Source: Octopus sinensis (lineage: Eukaryota). From it: a stretch of 64,000 bases of DNA. The translations under genes and the position numbers were made by a program. Under the pieces are notes generated by a model, which was not told the origin of the DNA, did no database searches, and worked only from the letters and a program-made list of their open reading frames with translations. The stretch is from assembly GCF_006345805.1 (NCBI RefSeq), contig NC_043013.1, forward strand, positions 48,732,001 to 48,796,000, written 5' to 3'. Shown piece after piece: positions 51,997-64,000 of this stretch. The first letter of the stretch is position 1. Every line of letters begins with the position of its first letter.

Positions 51997-54940
51997 ATGT
52001 AGGAGGGCTGCTGCGCGGAAACTGTAAAAAGAAAATTTCATTCCTGAGAGACCTTGTGACATGCAATCAAGCTATATGCATGGCACTCACAGAAACGCAT
52101 CTTGAACCCGATATAGGTGATGCAGAAATACACATGCCGCAATATGCAGTCATACGCACAGATAGAAAAGGGAGGAGCCATGGTGGAGTTGCAATGTACA
52201 TCCGAGATGACCTCACGCCCCAGGTCCTGCTGTCATATTCAAACTCAGTATGTGAAACTCAAATTGTACACATAAGACAACTGAATATCGTCATATGCAC
52301 TACATATCGCCCACCAGACGCCCCAAAACACTCAGGCATGTTTGAAGACTGCCTAACAAAAATAGGAGAAGTCCTCACCAACCTTGAACAGCACAACAGT
52401 GTATTCTTCATGGGTGACTTTAACCTCCCCAATGTGGAATGGCCTGGGGGGCAGATGCTCCCAGGGATGACACACCATCAGCAGGCACAGGTGGAGTCCC
52501 TGCTCCATCTCACAAATACCTCTTTCATGGAGCAAATAGTTCTGCAACCAACAAGGGCAAATAATATACTGGATCTCTGCTTCACAAACAATATGGATAT
52601 TATCCATAATGTTAATGTGATGCCGACAATGATCTCGGATCACAACATAATAGAGCTGTCTATGTATGGAACAAAAGCCCCAGCAGACACACAGCCTATA
52701 CGAAGCACCTACCATCTCTCCAACTTAAACTTTCATAAAGCCAACTGGAAGTCGATTGAGAAAGAGATCCTCAAACAAGATTGGCCTGAATGTCTCTCCA
52801 CACCGGACATAAACATGAAACACAAACACTTCATGTCCATAATACAAGCCATATGTGACAAATATGTCCCAATGTGCAGGGCCAGCACACACAAGAACAA
52901 AAACAGGATCCCTAGAGAAAGGAGGATTCTTATGAGACGACGGACAAGGATTGCAAACCGCCTGAGCAAGCACACCAAAAGTGGTGAGAAGTCTCGGCTC
53001 GAAAGAATGCTAATGGAAACTGAGAAAAGTCTACATCAGTCCCATGAAAAGGAGAGAGCAGATAAAGAAGCTTGGGTAATAGAAAATATAAAATCAAACC
53101 CTAAAGCTTTCTTTAAGTTTGCCAAAGAGACAGCCACAGTGCACCAGAGAATAGGACCTCTCTTCCAAAAAGATGGCTCTCTCACAGGAAATCCCACGAG
53201 GATAAGTGAAATACTGAACGAACAGTTCCAAAGTGTGTTCACTACACCTCTAGGACACAGGCAAGTAAACAACCCAGAAGAATTCTTTGCCACTTTACCA
53301 GCGGCCAAAGAGACAAAAATTGAGTACATCAACATCGAAGAAGATGATATCACACTAGCCATTGATGAGATTGACACAAACTCAGCTGCTGGACCTGATG
53401 GATTCCCAGCGATCCTTCTCAAATCGTGCAAACGAGCCCTTGCAAAACCGCTACAGCTTCTTTTTCAGAGCTTTCTTGCAAGTGGTAAGCTCCCAGTCAA
53501 ACTGAAAGAGGGGGTAATATGCCCTATCCATAAGGGAGGTAGCAGAGCAGATGCTAAAAATTATAGGCCTATCTCTCTGACCTCACACATCAGCAAAGTC
53601 ATGGAACGAATAGTCCGTAAGAAACTAATCATGTTCCTTGAAGAAAATGACTTACTGTCTGACACCCAGCATGGATTTCGACCAGGTAGAGGCTGCCTAA
53701 CACAGCTCCTGCAACACTATGACTGGGTGTTGAATCAGCTACTAAATGGCTCAAATGTGGATGTAATATATCTTGACTTTGCAAAAGCCTTTGATAAAGT
53801 CGACCATGGTATGATCTGTCACAAACTGCGTGGTCTCGGCATAGGCGGGAAACTTGGAGAGTGGCTGCACAACTTCCTAAAAGACAGAAAACAGGCAGTT
53901 GTGAGCAATGGGAAACGCAAATAACAAGCGGTGTCCCACAGGGCACTGTCTTGGGGCCACTGATGTTCATAGTGGCCCTTTCAGACATGCCTTCAGTTGC
54001 TACGATGACCACCCTTGCTAGCTATGCAGATGACACAAAAGTCTCCCACGCAATACAAAACCCTGAAAATATTGCGCATCTGCAACATGAGCTGGACACA
54101 ATATACAGGTGGGCTGAGGACAACAACATGCAGTTTAATGCAGGTAAGTTCCAGGCCCTGCGCTACTGGCACACAAAGGTAAATGACGTGAAGACTGGAT
54201 ACACTGGCCCAGGAAGAATTGCAATCCCTGAGTCAAAATCAGTGCGTGACCTGGGCATTGACATGAGCAATGATGCATCTTTCCAAATGCATATTGCTAA
54301 TCTGGTGATAAAATGCAGACGGCTAGCTGGATGGATTCTCCGAACTTTCAGAACAAGAGAGAAGGAGACACTGATGGTCCTATGGAAAACATTTGTCCTC
54401 AGCTGCTTGGACTACTGCTCCCAACTTTGGTCACCACACAATATAAAACAAACAGCAGAACTCGAAGCAACTCAGAGAAGCTACACAAAGAAAATCGTCT
54501 CAATGCAAAATGTCAGCTACTGGGAAAGACTGAAGGTATTAAACCTCTTCTCCCTGGAGCGGAGGCGGGAGAGATATGCAGTGATATACATCTGGAAAAT
54601 CCTGGAGGGTCTTGTCCCAAACTTTGGCATTCAAAGTTACTCCAACCGCAGAACGGGGCGCCGCTGCGTGGTGCCAAGGATTCCAACATCACCATCAAAA
54701 TACAGGTCCAGATACTGCAACAGCTTGGGTTTCAGAGGACCACAGCTCTTTAACATCCTCCCTAAATGCCTGAGAGACTTACATGGTGTGGATGTGGGTT
54801 TCTTTAAAACTAAACTGGATCTCTTCTTGTTGGGAGTCCCAGATGAACCTACCTCACGACAGGAGATACGGATGCGGGCAGCAGCATCGAACTCCCTTGT
54901 TGATCAAGTGCCTCGTATCAGAGGTGGATTCACAAACTAG
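51942..54940 (+). pseudogene. LINE ORF2 (APE endonuclease + reverse transcriptase) with one frameshift near 53905
   Basis: LTETHL, GDFNLP, ISDHN (EN); NYRPISLTS, QHGFRPGR, YLDFAKAFDKV, GVPQGTVLGP, YADDTK (RT); split across ORFs 51849-53924 and 53861-54940. Confidence 0.95.
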
Positions 54941-55015
54941 TGTAGCTCATTCAGCGGTGGTGCCCCAGCATGGCCGCGGCCTTCGGGCTAAAACATTTTT
55001 AAGGATTTAAGGATT

Positions 55016-55046
<31 letters not shown>

Positions 55047-55279
55047 TATATATATTATATATATATATATTATATATATATATATATATATAAACAAATG
55101 TCCTGAAATAATTTAAACGAAGTTGGCTACAATATTTGAATAAAATCTTATAGACAATGTCATGGACAACAGATTCTTAAAATCAACATAAACCTGATAC
55201 AAATGATAGCTAATGGATGCAGTGACATAAGCCATCAACAGTAGAAAAAACCGTATTAACCATAAGTAAGAAAAAATTC

Positions 55280-56143
55280 GGATATTTTCGGTTTGAACGG
55301 CAGTTTTTTTCTATCGGTGTCATATGAAATTGTCACCCATAATTATGACCCTAGAATCGATCTATTGCATTTCAATCTCTTTTAGGGTTAGGGCTAGTTA
55401 GGGTTAGTTAGGGTTAATTAGGGTTAGGGTTATGGTTATGGTTAGGGGTGGGGGAAGGGTATCTTTTTTTCTTCACAAATGTAAATAAATCCAATCTGTT
55501 TCTTAAACGAGGGACATATTCATACGGCACAGAATGCTTTTTACCTCAATAGACGTCAGTGATTGGTTGAAATTGCAGAAACTGAAGGAAAACAACAACA
55601 AATATCTTACAAACTATAGAATTTTCTCAATAAAGCCAAGAGAAAAAGATGTTTTATAAACACATTCTACCAGTATACGAAGTTTAACATTTTTTAGTTA
55701 CTCTCTCTTTTACTCTCTCACTTGTTTCAGTCATTTGACTGCGGCCATGCTGGAGCACCGCCTTTAATCGAGCAACTCGACTCCGGGACTTAATCTTTTG
55801 TAAGCCCAGTACTTATTCTATCGGTCTCCTGCGCCGAACCGCCGAGTAATGGGGACATAAACACACCAGCATCGGTTGTCAAGCAATGCTAGGGGACAAA
55901 CACAGACACATAAACACACACACGCACACATATATATATATACATATATACGACGGGCTTCTTTCAGTTTCCGTCTACCAAATCCACTCACAAGGCTTTG
56001 GTCGGCCCGAGGCTATAGTAGAAGACACTTTCCCAAGGTGCCACGCAGTGGGACTGAACCCGGAACCATGTGGTTGGTAGACAAGCTACTTACCACACAG
56101 CCAGAAATTATGTTAAAAACTGCCGCTCAAACCGAAAAGATCC
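55280..56143 (+). mobile_element. GGATC-TIR MITE copy 4, interrupted by SINE A
   Basis: TIRs plus 8-bp TSD aaaaattc; expanded ttaggg-like tract 55382-55446. Confidence 0.92.
55707..56102 (-). mobile_element. SINE family A nested in MITE
   Basis: Reverse complement of consensus. Confidence 0.93.
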
Positions 56144-56844
56144 AAAAATTCAAATAGAATTCGATCCCATAAAATTGTATTTAACCGTCATACATAGTGA
56201 ATGTGTAGTTCAAACGAAACATCAAAGAATTTTAGAACTAACTTTACTGCTGCGTTAAGTTCGCTTGTAAACACGTTAAAGATTTCTTTGACATTAAAAA
56301 TGCTTTTAGCTAACCGTACAGATACAGACACAAACATACACAACAATTCCAGTGAAATATCCATTTGGTATTTCGTCAAAACATTTTATGAGACGAATAT
56401 AGTTTTGAACCTTTAGAAAACGATATGTCTATTCTCAGCATTGTTGATATCAGTGACGTGATCTTACCTAGAATATAAATCGAAAGAAATTTTGCAACTT
56501 TTCAAGAGTGCCTAAATTTCATGGTATTTCAAGCTCCACTGCTTCAAAGATTATACGTTGTACAAATTTTCACGATCTGTTTCACGCTAAACATACATGA
56601 ATATCGACAATTTTTTAACAATTAAAAAGCTGAAAGATAGAAGTTATATCACGGAGTTTTCATGCGAAAATTATCAAGCTTCTGTTTTAAATTTTGAAAA
56701 CTGTTTTGAAGAGAGGTTCTTTGTCTTTGGGATTGTAAATTAATTGTTAGTTCTAAACTGAACATAAATAAAAAGATGTGGCATTTTCTATTCAGTTATT
56801 ATTCAATAATAACAGGAGTGGCTGTTTGGTAAGTAGCTTTGCTA

Positions 56845-56957
56845 ACGCACATGCGCAATTAGTCAGTTGCTTCCTGTTCAGCGAGAGTGGACGCGAGTCA
56901 ATTAGCTCCGTCCAATTAAAGAAAAATGACCAAAAACGGAAAGTTGTCGAGGTAAGT
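56845..56957 (+). promoter_or_regulatory. Possible promoter and first exon (NRF1-like, ETS, CCAAT; ATG..AG|gtaagt)
   Basis: gcacatgcgca 56847, cttcctgt 56870, ccaat 56912, ATG 56926, donor at 56952. Confidence 0.3.
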
Positions 56958-57099
56958 GATTTTGTTTATTGTGAGTTGGGCATAATTTATTGCGTGCCAA
57001 TTATTATTTCAGTAAGTTGTGTCCAACTCTGAGACAATTTCGCCTGCGCTAGGCGGCTGCCGTTTTTGTGTTCATTGAAAAAAAAAGAAAAAACAGTGG

Positions 57100-58940
57100 A
57101 GGGGCGTATCCTCAGAATTCGATACAGTTACTGTTAAAATTACCGTTGGCGGTAGCCAGTGCTGTGTTTGGGTTTGTTGAATTTATTCCCTTGTCAGAGT
57201 ACTTCGCAAGAAAAGTATAAAAATAAGCCACTATTGGATTACCTTTCGGACCCATTTTTGTGGAGGTTGTGTTGCAGTTGCGGCGTTCCAGGTTCAACCC
57301 AGGCCGGGAGTACCGCAAAGCCAGAATATTTTTGCTGTGTTTTTTCTGTTTATTAACTTTCTTTTGAACTTCATTTAACACCTCCCCTTTTGTTTTTTTC
57401 TTTATTGCGACTTTCCGTTAATTTCTTCCCTTCTGTTGTGCTTTCTCCTTTTTGTTTTTTCAAAAATCTATCAAATTTTATTTGGACTTTTGAACTTTTT
57501 TCTTCCTGCTTTTGAGTTTAATTTGAATATATTTTAAAAAAAACATGGCAATGAAAAATAACAAAATTTTGGAGTGGGAAATCATACCGCCCAAAAAGTG
57601 GTTAAAAGACCGTGAAGATAGGACGGTGGTGTTGAGAACCTACTCCAAGGCACTTGACACCATCGCCCTATTCGAAAAGACGGCAATTGAGGAGGAGTTG
57701 GAAGAATATTTGCCAACAATTAAATTCATTTCCAGGGGTGTCAAATATGCAACGGTGTGGTTGCTATTTGACACCCCTGAAGAGGCTTGCAAATTTGCTA
57801 GCAAACCCTTGGAGGGTAAGAAAATCTTATTCCTGCCCACGTACAAAAAAAAGAAATTGATGAAAGCTTGGATCTGCGGACTGCCACCCGACATAGAACC
57901 CGAGTGGATAGAGGAGACTATCCGCCGGGGTCTGGGTGACAGCGAAACTAAGCTCCTCAATGTAAAAGTTCTTCCTGCGGCTGCTTGGGTTGGGTCAAAA
58001 GCAATTTTGACCCTGTGGACCCAATCAGCCAATCTGGTTCTTCCAGATTTTTTGAAAATGGCCGGGTGCAGGTACCCGGTGATGCTTGAGGGTCGCCCCC
58101 CTAAGTGTCATCGGTGCTTGGAGTCCGGCTACATAAAGAAGAACTGTCCTCGGGAACAAAATAGGATCCCGGAACAGTTAAGTAAAACCCCTCTAGAAGA
58201 GGGAACGATAACGGCCGAGAAAGCAGAGGACTCCTCAAACAGAGGCCGAAAGAGGAAGGTGAGCAACAATGGGTGCTCACCAAAGGATAATAGGGATGAG
58301 GAGAGGAAGGCGAATCTTCAGTTGAAAAGGGAAAAAAAAAGAAAAAGAGGAAGAAAAACGGGACATTACCGGCTGTCAGTGTAGCACCGGAACGTCCCGG
58401 AACTACGTCGGTTGGGGTTGTGCCACCGACAAGAGAAGGAATACCGTTGGCGGAAACTGTGCCGCCAACGAAAGAACTGAATGTATTGGTCCTCTTCTAT
58501 AGAGGAGGAGAAATTGAAAAAGTGATGGAAGAGCACTACAAGGGAGCACCTTTAGCCTTCACACAGGACCCCGAATGGCCTCCGCAGGTAGCTGTGGAGG
58601 CCGTGGCGTTCGACGTGACGCTAGGGCTAAAGGAGCTCAATGAAGATTATAGCTTGGTCCCGGGCGACGCGAACTCGGAACTTGACTACGTTCTGAGGGA
58701 GGCGTGGTTGATGGTGGAGGGCGCGGGCACAAGCTATTTCGAGGACGATATGTATTATTAGTAATGGACTTAAGTCCAAAAATTGAAAAATTGTAAGAGG
58801 ATTAATACCTCGTTTTGTATTAATAATGGACTGCTAAGTCCAAAAATTGGAAAAATTGTAAGAGGTTTAATACCTCGTTTTGTGGTTATCTTTTTAAAAA
58901 GAACAATGTTTTAGAGAAGCAAAAGTCGGCGGGCGCTTTC
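57100..58940 (+). mobile_element. Gag/ORF1-only L1/Tx1-like element (no ORF2 seen)
   Basis: ORF1-type protein followed by about 64-bp tandem duplication and no EN/RT. Confidence 0.6.
57545..58761 (+). pseudogene. L1/Tx1-type ORF1 (RRM-like + zinc knuckle), frameshift in purine run near 58330
   Basis: ICGLPPDIEPEWI; VMLEGRPPKCHRCLESGYIKKNCP (CCHC with H->Y); continues in ORF 58420-58761. Confidence 0.7.
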
Positions 58941-59061
58941 TGTCTTCTCCCATCCTTATCATCTTTCTTTCGTTATCATTCACCTCATTAATGTCCTCGT
59001 CCAGCCCGCAAAGCTAACTTAATCTGTGTACTGCCTTTATGGCAAATGTTTTGAAATAAAG

Positions 59062-59218
59062 TAGCTTGCTTACCAACCACATGGTTCCGGGTTCAGTCCC
59101 ACTGCGTGGCACCTTGGGCAAGTGTCTTCTACTATAGCCTCGGGCCGACCAAAGCCTTGTGAGTGGATTTGGTAGACGGAAACTGAAAGAAGCCCATCGT
59201 ATATATGTATATATATAT

Positions 59219-59255
<37 letters not shown>

Positions 59256-59470
59256 GTCTGTATGTGTGTGTTTTGTGTGTTTTTGTGTGCCTGTGTTTGT
59301 CCGACCAACATCACTTGACAACCGATGCTGGTGTGTTTACGTCCCCGTAACTTAGCTGTACGGTAAAAGTGACGATAGAATAAGTCCTGGGGTCGATTTG
59401 ATCGACTAAAGGCGGTGCTCCAGCATGGCCGCAGTCAAATGACTGAAACAAGTACAAGAGTAAAAGAGTA
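59062..59470 (+). mobile_element. SINE family A (extreme 5' end missing)
   Basis: Similarity to consensus. Confidence 0.93.
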
Positions 59471-59711
59471 ACATATATTTAGAAATATGAGGTAGCATTC
59501 CATTTTTACAGGCTACATATGACACATTTATGAACTTTGCTCTATTTGTAAATGTTTTAACCGTTATTTATTCTCTAAATAAGTTTATATGATTATAAGC
59601 TGAGAAAAATACGGTTTTGTCAGAATGAGTGAAAAAATTTAATGATTTTAAAATTAACTGGTAAATCCTGGTAAGTGAATTAATTTCTTAACTTTTCAAA
59701 TAATTATTTTT

Positions 59712-60264
59712 TACTCTAGGCACAAGGCCCGAAATTTTAGGAGAGGGGGCCATTCGATTAGATCGACCCCAGTATGCAACTGGTACTTAATTTATTGACC
59801 CTAAAAGGATGAAAGGCAAAGTCGACCTCGGCGGAATTTGAACCTAAAGACACGAAATACCTATTTCTTTACTACCCACAAAGGGCTACACACAGAAGGG
59901 ACAAACAAGGACAGACAAACGGGTTAAGTCGATTATATCGACCCCAGTGCGTAACTGGTACTTATTTAATCCACTCCGAAAGGATGAAAGGCAAAGTCGA
60001 CCTCGGCGGAATTTGAACTCAGAACATAACGGCAGGTAATATACCTATTTCTTTACTACCCACAAGTGGCTAAACACAGAGGAGACAAACAAAGACAGAC
60101 AGACGGATTAAGTCGATTATATCGACCCCAGTGCGTAACTAGTCCTTAATTTATCGACCCTGAAAGGATGAAAGGCAAAGTCGACCTCGGCGGAATTTGA
60201 ACTCAGAACGTAACGGCTACGCATTTCGGCCGGCGTGCTAACGCTTCTGCCAGCTCGCCGCCTT
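59712..60264 (-). mobile_element. SINE family B, trimeric
   Basis: Three body repeats with the same junction as 27105 and 45822. Confidence 0.92.
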
Positions 60265-60912
60265 TTAACATTCCAAATAATGCTTAAGATTATTTAGTAA
60301 TGTGTAATGATATTTAATGACCAAATCTGTCTTTTATCATCCGTGGTATTGTTAGCTTAAGGTGATGGAAATACTAATAATCGTCTCCAAATGTCGAAGT
60401 AAAAAGATTTAGACTCGAAATTACAACTTTTAACTTTTAAGATTTTCAAGAACTATGCTACCTTGGAAATAAAATTGAATACCAATTAGATTAAAATTAG
60501 AAAAAAAAAATTAGCTCTTGGACGATAGTTCAATTATTATTCTTAATTCTGGATCAGGTCTGAAGTGTTTATTTTCCGCCGTTGATAAAGCAAAACATGC
60601 TGTGAATGTGTACAACAACAACAACAATAACAATAGCATAGTTGAAGCAACAAAAACGTGATTAAGGATTATTATAGAAGAAGTGCGGCTAGACAATCGT
60701 TAATCCTTCTATTTGTTATAGCGCTCGAAAAGAAGGACGGAAACTGACTTCAAAAATGTTTGAACTCAAAAAGCAAATCCTGCGTCAACAAATCCTGACT
60801 ACGATTGCGTACAACCACCGACTCAACTGCTATTCACTTACACCCTATCATCGTCATCGTCACACAAATTATTACAATTCGCACTATATTACACACACAT
60901 GCATATACACTA

Positions 60913-60947
<35 letters not shown>

Positions 60948-61584
60948 TATTTATGTATGCGTATGTACGCATGTACTTATGTGATTACACGTCGACGTTC
61001 ATCTTTCTTACTGTTAGTGAACGCCATGAACGCTACCACCTCTCTACATTAACTCATATTTTAATCTCCTGTAATCCTCACAGAGGCCACAAGTATTACA
61101 AGACAGATAATCATTTCTTCATAATATTTGGCGAGATTAGAAGTTTGAATTTGAAATTAAAGAATTATAAGAATAAAGATGCATAGAATTCACATATTCA
61201 ATATTTTTTTTGTTTATAACTAAGCTTTTACAAATTCTCGTCGGTGGTAATTATGTGTCGGCCCATTTCATTATTTTAAGAAATCTTCACCATGATATAA
61301 CCTGTGATTAATTAATTAAGCATTTAATGAAGTGAGACATTTCATTAATGAAAGCAATGATTAGTCTGGAGGAAATTCTTTAAATTTATTCTTTTCTTTT
61401 CGTTCATAGAAGGTTGATAGTCTAGAATTGGAGGGAAAAGAGAGCGTCTTCCTTCTCTTTTTCTGTATCTAGTTTTAGCAGTATTAACGTCACAACATTC
61501 AACGCAATGGCCGCTCGCACTTTCGATCACTGCAATATTAATATTAGGATAAATAAATTCATATTTACTTATGTGTTGATGAAT

Positions 61585-62480
61585 CTGTATGTATGTATGT
61601 ATGTATGCATGTATGTATGGATGGATGGATGGATGTATGTATGTATGTATGTATGTATGTATGTATGTATGTATGTATGTATGTATGGATGGATGGATGG
61701 ATGGATGTATGTATGTATGTATGTATGTATGTATGTATGTATGTATGGATGTATGGATGGATGGATGTATGGATGGATGTATGTATGTATGTATGGATGT
61801 ATGTATGTATGGATGTATGGATGTATGGATGGATGTATGGATGTATGGATGGATGTATGGATGTATGGATGGATGGATGTATGTATGGATGCATGTATGT
61901 ATGGATGCATGTATGGATGGATGCATGTATGTATGGATGGATGCATGTATGTATGGATGGATGTATGGATGGATGTATGTATGTATGTATGTATGTATGT
62001 ATGTATGCATGCATGCATGCATGCATGTATGTATGCATGCATGCATGCATGTATGGATGCATGTATGGATGGATGGATGTATGTATGTATGTATGGATGG
62101 ATGGATGGATGGATGTATGTATGTATGTATGTATGTATGTATGTATGTATGTATGTATGTATGTATGTATGTATGTATGTATGCATGCATGTATGTATGT
62201 ATGTATGCATGCATGCATGCATGTATGTATGTATGTACGTATGTACGTATGTACGTATGTATGTATGTATGTATGTACGTATGTACGTATGTACGTATGT
62301 ATGTATGTATGTATGTATGTATGTATGTATGTATGTATGTATGTATGTATGTATGTATGTATGTATGTATGCATGCATGCATGCATGTATGTATGTACGT
62401 ATGTATGTATGTATGTATGTACGTATGTATGTATGTATGTACGTATGTATGTATGTACGTATGGATGGATGTATGTATGT
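61585..62480. repeat. About 0.9-kb (TGTA/TGGA/TGCA)n array
   Basis: Direct reading. Confidence 0.98.
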
Positions 62481-63690
62481 CATTGTTCAGTTTTGTATCA
62501 AGACTTCTTACAATAAAGAAGCGGTTTCTAACTTAGATCCAAAGCTCTTTCATTGGAATTTCAACATCAAGAACAGGGAGTATTTGCTTGCTTGTATGTA
62601 TGTATGTATGTATGTATGTATGTATGTATGTATGTATGTATGTGCAGAATTGTATATTTATGCATTCTCATACATATAGTTGCATAACTAGACATGCTCA
62701 TATATATTTAAATGATAAACTTCTCGAAAGTTTTAGAGTTCCATTGATGGATTGGATCTGTAGTCTTCGAATTAGCTTTCCCCTTTCTGGTTTTGAGAAG
62801 CCTAATTTCTCTAGATCGATATTTAGGCAGTGTGTTACGTATACCAGGGCTCCATTAAATACAGGTATAAACCTGAACTTGTAATCTGGATAGAGTAACT
62901 GGATTTCTCAATAGTTCAGCATAAGTGTTCACTTTTTCACCGATCTTCAGTTTTATGTTAACATCCGCTAGGCAGCTAATTTCCACAACTGTGTACACTT
63001 TCTTTTCTCTGTCCCAAATCATTATATCAGGTCTGTTGTGCTTACATTTTATTGAGGTCTTCACTGGGACATTCCACCAGTATTCCTTTTTATTATGAGT
63101 GGCTAGGGTTTCTAAATTGTGGATTCTTAATTCTTTCTCCTCGGGATTATCCTGCCGATGGATTTCATTATAGAGTGTCCTAGCTACAACATCATGTCTT
63201 ATCGGCAGATAATACCGTGATGACATTTTGGGACAACTGCTTATGATGTGGGTGATATCTTCAGTGTGAATTCCACAAAGTCTGCATCGGTTGTCACATT
63301 TTACTGCTTTTCCTGCATCCCTGTCTCTTTTGTGCATCAGGTACTTGGTTGATATTTCCTGTTCCTGGATTGCAAACACAAACCCTTCAAAGTGGGAGGT
63401 AATAATCCGGCTATTGATCCATGATAAACCTCTTTGATGAACAATGTAACTATCATCTCAGAGTTTTCTATTAACATATCCATGCAAAGTATTCTGCTCA
63501 TAAAGGCTCATCCTTTCATCTGATGATACGTTACGGTAGAGTTGTGTGACTTCTTTGGGCATGTATTCTAGGTTATCAGACAAAGAGTGTTGCTCAAGGA
63601 GCTGTCTTCCAATACTTATGTTGTTATCAGTCTCGTGTATGCAAATTTGGTCAAGGGATGCACTGCAACACTTTATAGTTAAAAGATGTT
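62470..63690 (-). mobile_element. R4/Dong-like RLE-LINE 3' fragment flanked on both sides by (TACA)n
   Basis: ORF 62855-63379: QEQEISTKY..CRLC..HIISSCP..RHD..HNRPDIMIWD..VVEISC..K...Y (CCHC + PD-(D/E)xK); 3' UTR homologous to 36050-36358. Confidence 0.92.
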
Positions 63691-64000
63691 TATGTATGTA
63701 TGTATGTATGTATGTATGTATGTATGTATGTATGTATGTATGTATGTATGTATGTATGTATGTATGTATGCATGCATGCATGCGTGAATGTGTAAATGTG
63801 TGTATGTATGTATATATGCATGTGTGTATGAGTGAGCGAATTTTTTTCTCCGACTACATGGTCCATGCAAGAACCAGCTTGATATTCGCCCTGGCTTCGG
63901 TGTTATCAAGTAACTCTTACAACCCACGTGTTTCCTTTCTTAGCAATATGCTAATTTCTCTTTATTTTGTAATTTTAGATAACTTTAGTTAAACATTCCA

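Larger units (their letters stand above)
51088..55016 (+). mobile_element. Near-intact CR1/L2-group LINE (5' boundary uncertain)
   Basis: ORF1 + overlapping ORF2 (APE endonuclease, RT with YADD), short 3' UTR with hairpin and (tttaagga)n tail. Confidence 0.95.

Noticed and set aside
51265-54698. Multiple antisense and alternative-frame ORFs within the LINE
   Set aside because: Shadow ORFs of the GC-richer coding sequence
61345-62679. Long ORFs (273-390 aa) in several frames; similar ones at 33059-33737 and 28484-28836
   Set aside because: Translations of stop-free microsatellites, not genes

Overview
Eukaryotic, AT-rich, microsatellite-dense genomic DNA, most consistent with an octopus (coleoid cephalopod) genome. 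That assignment is an inference from the SINE families and repeat landscape, not a database match. There are no CRISPR arrays or prokaryotic features, and almost all listed ORFs are microsatellite or antisense artefacts. The window holds: a near-intact CR1/L2-type LINE (51.1-55.0 kb; ORF1 with a Myb/SANT-like N-terminus plus CCCH finger, ORF2 EN-RT with one frameshift); many R4/Dong-type RLE-LINE fragments tied to (TAA)n or (TACA)n arrays; Penelope-like element (PLE) remnants; L1/Tx1 pieces; four SINE families; hAT pieces; a telomere-repeat-bearing MITE with 8-bp TSDs (4 copies); a 5S rRNA-like copy; and a 5S-headed chimera whose tail matches the LINE 3' end. The most striking signal is a set of at least five type I hammerhead ribozyme folds read directly from the sequence. 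Two sit at the apex of long foldback elements, and several carry non-canonical cores (U3-A8 covariation, U4C). Scattered short minus-strand exon candidates suggest the whole region may be intronic to an unidentified host gene (low confidence). Boundaries of degraded repeats are approximate.
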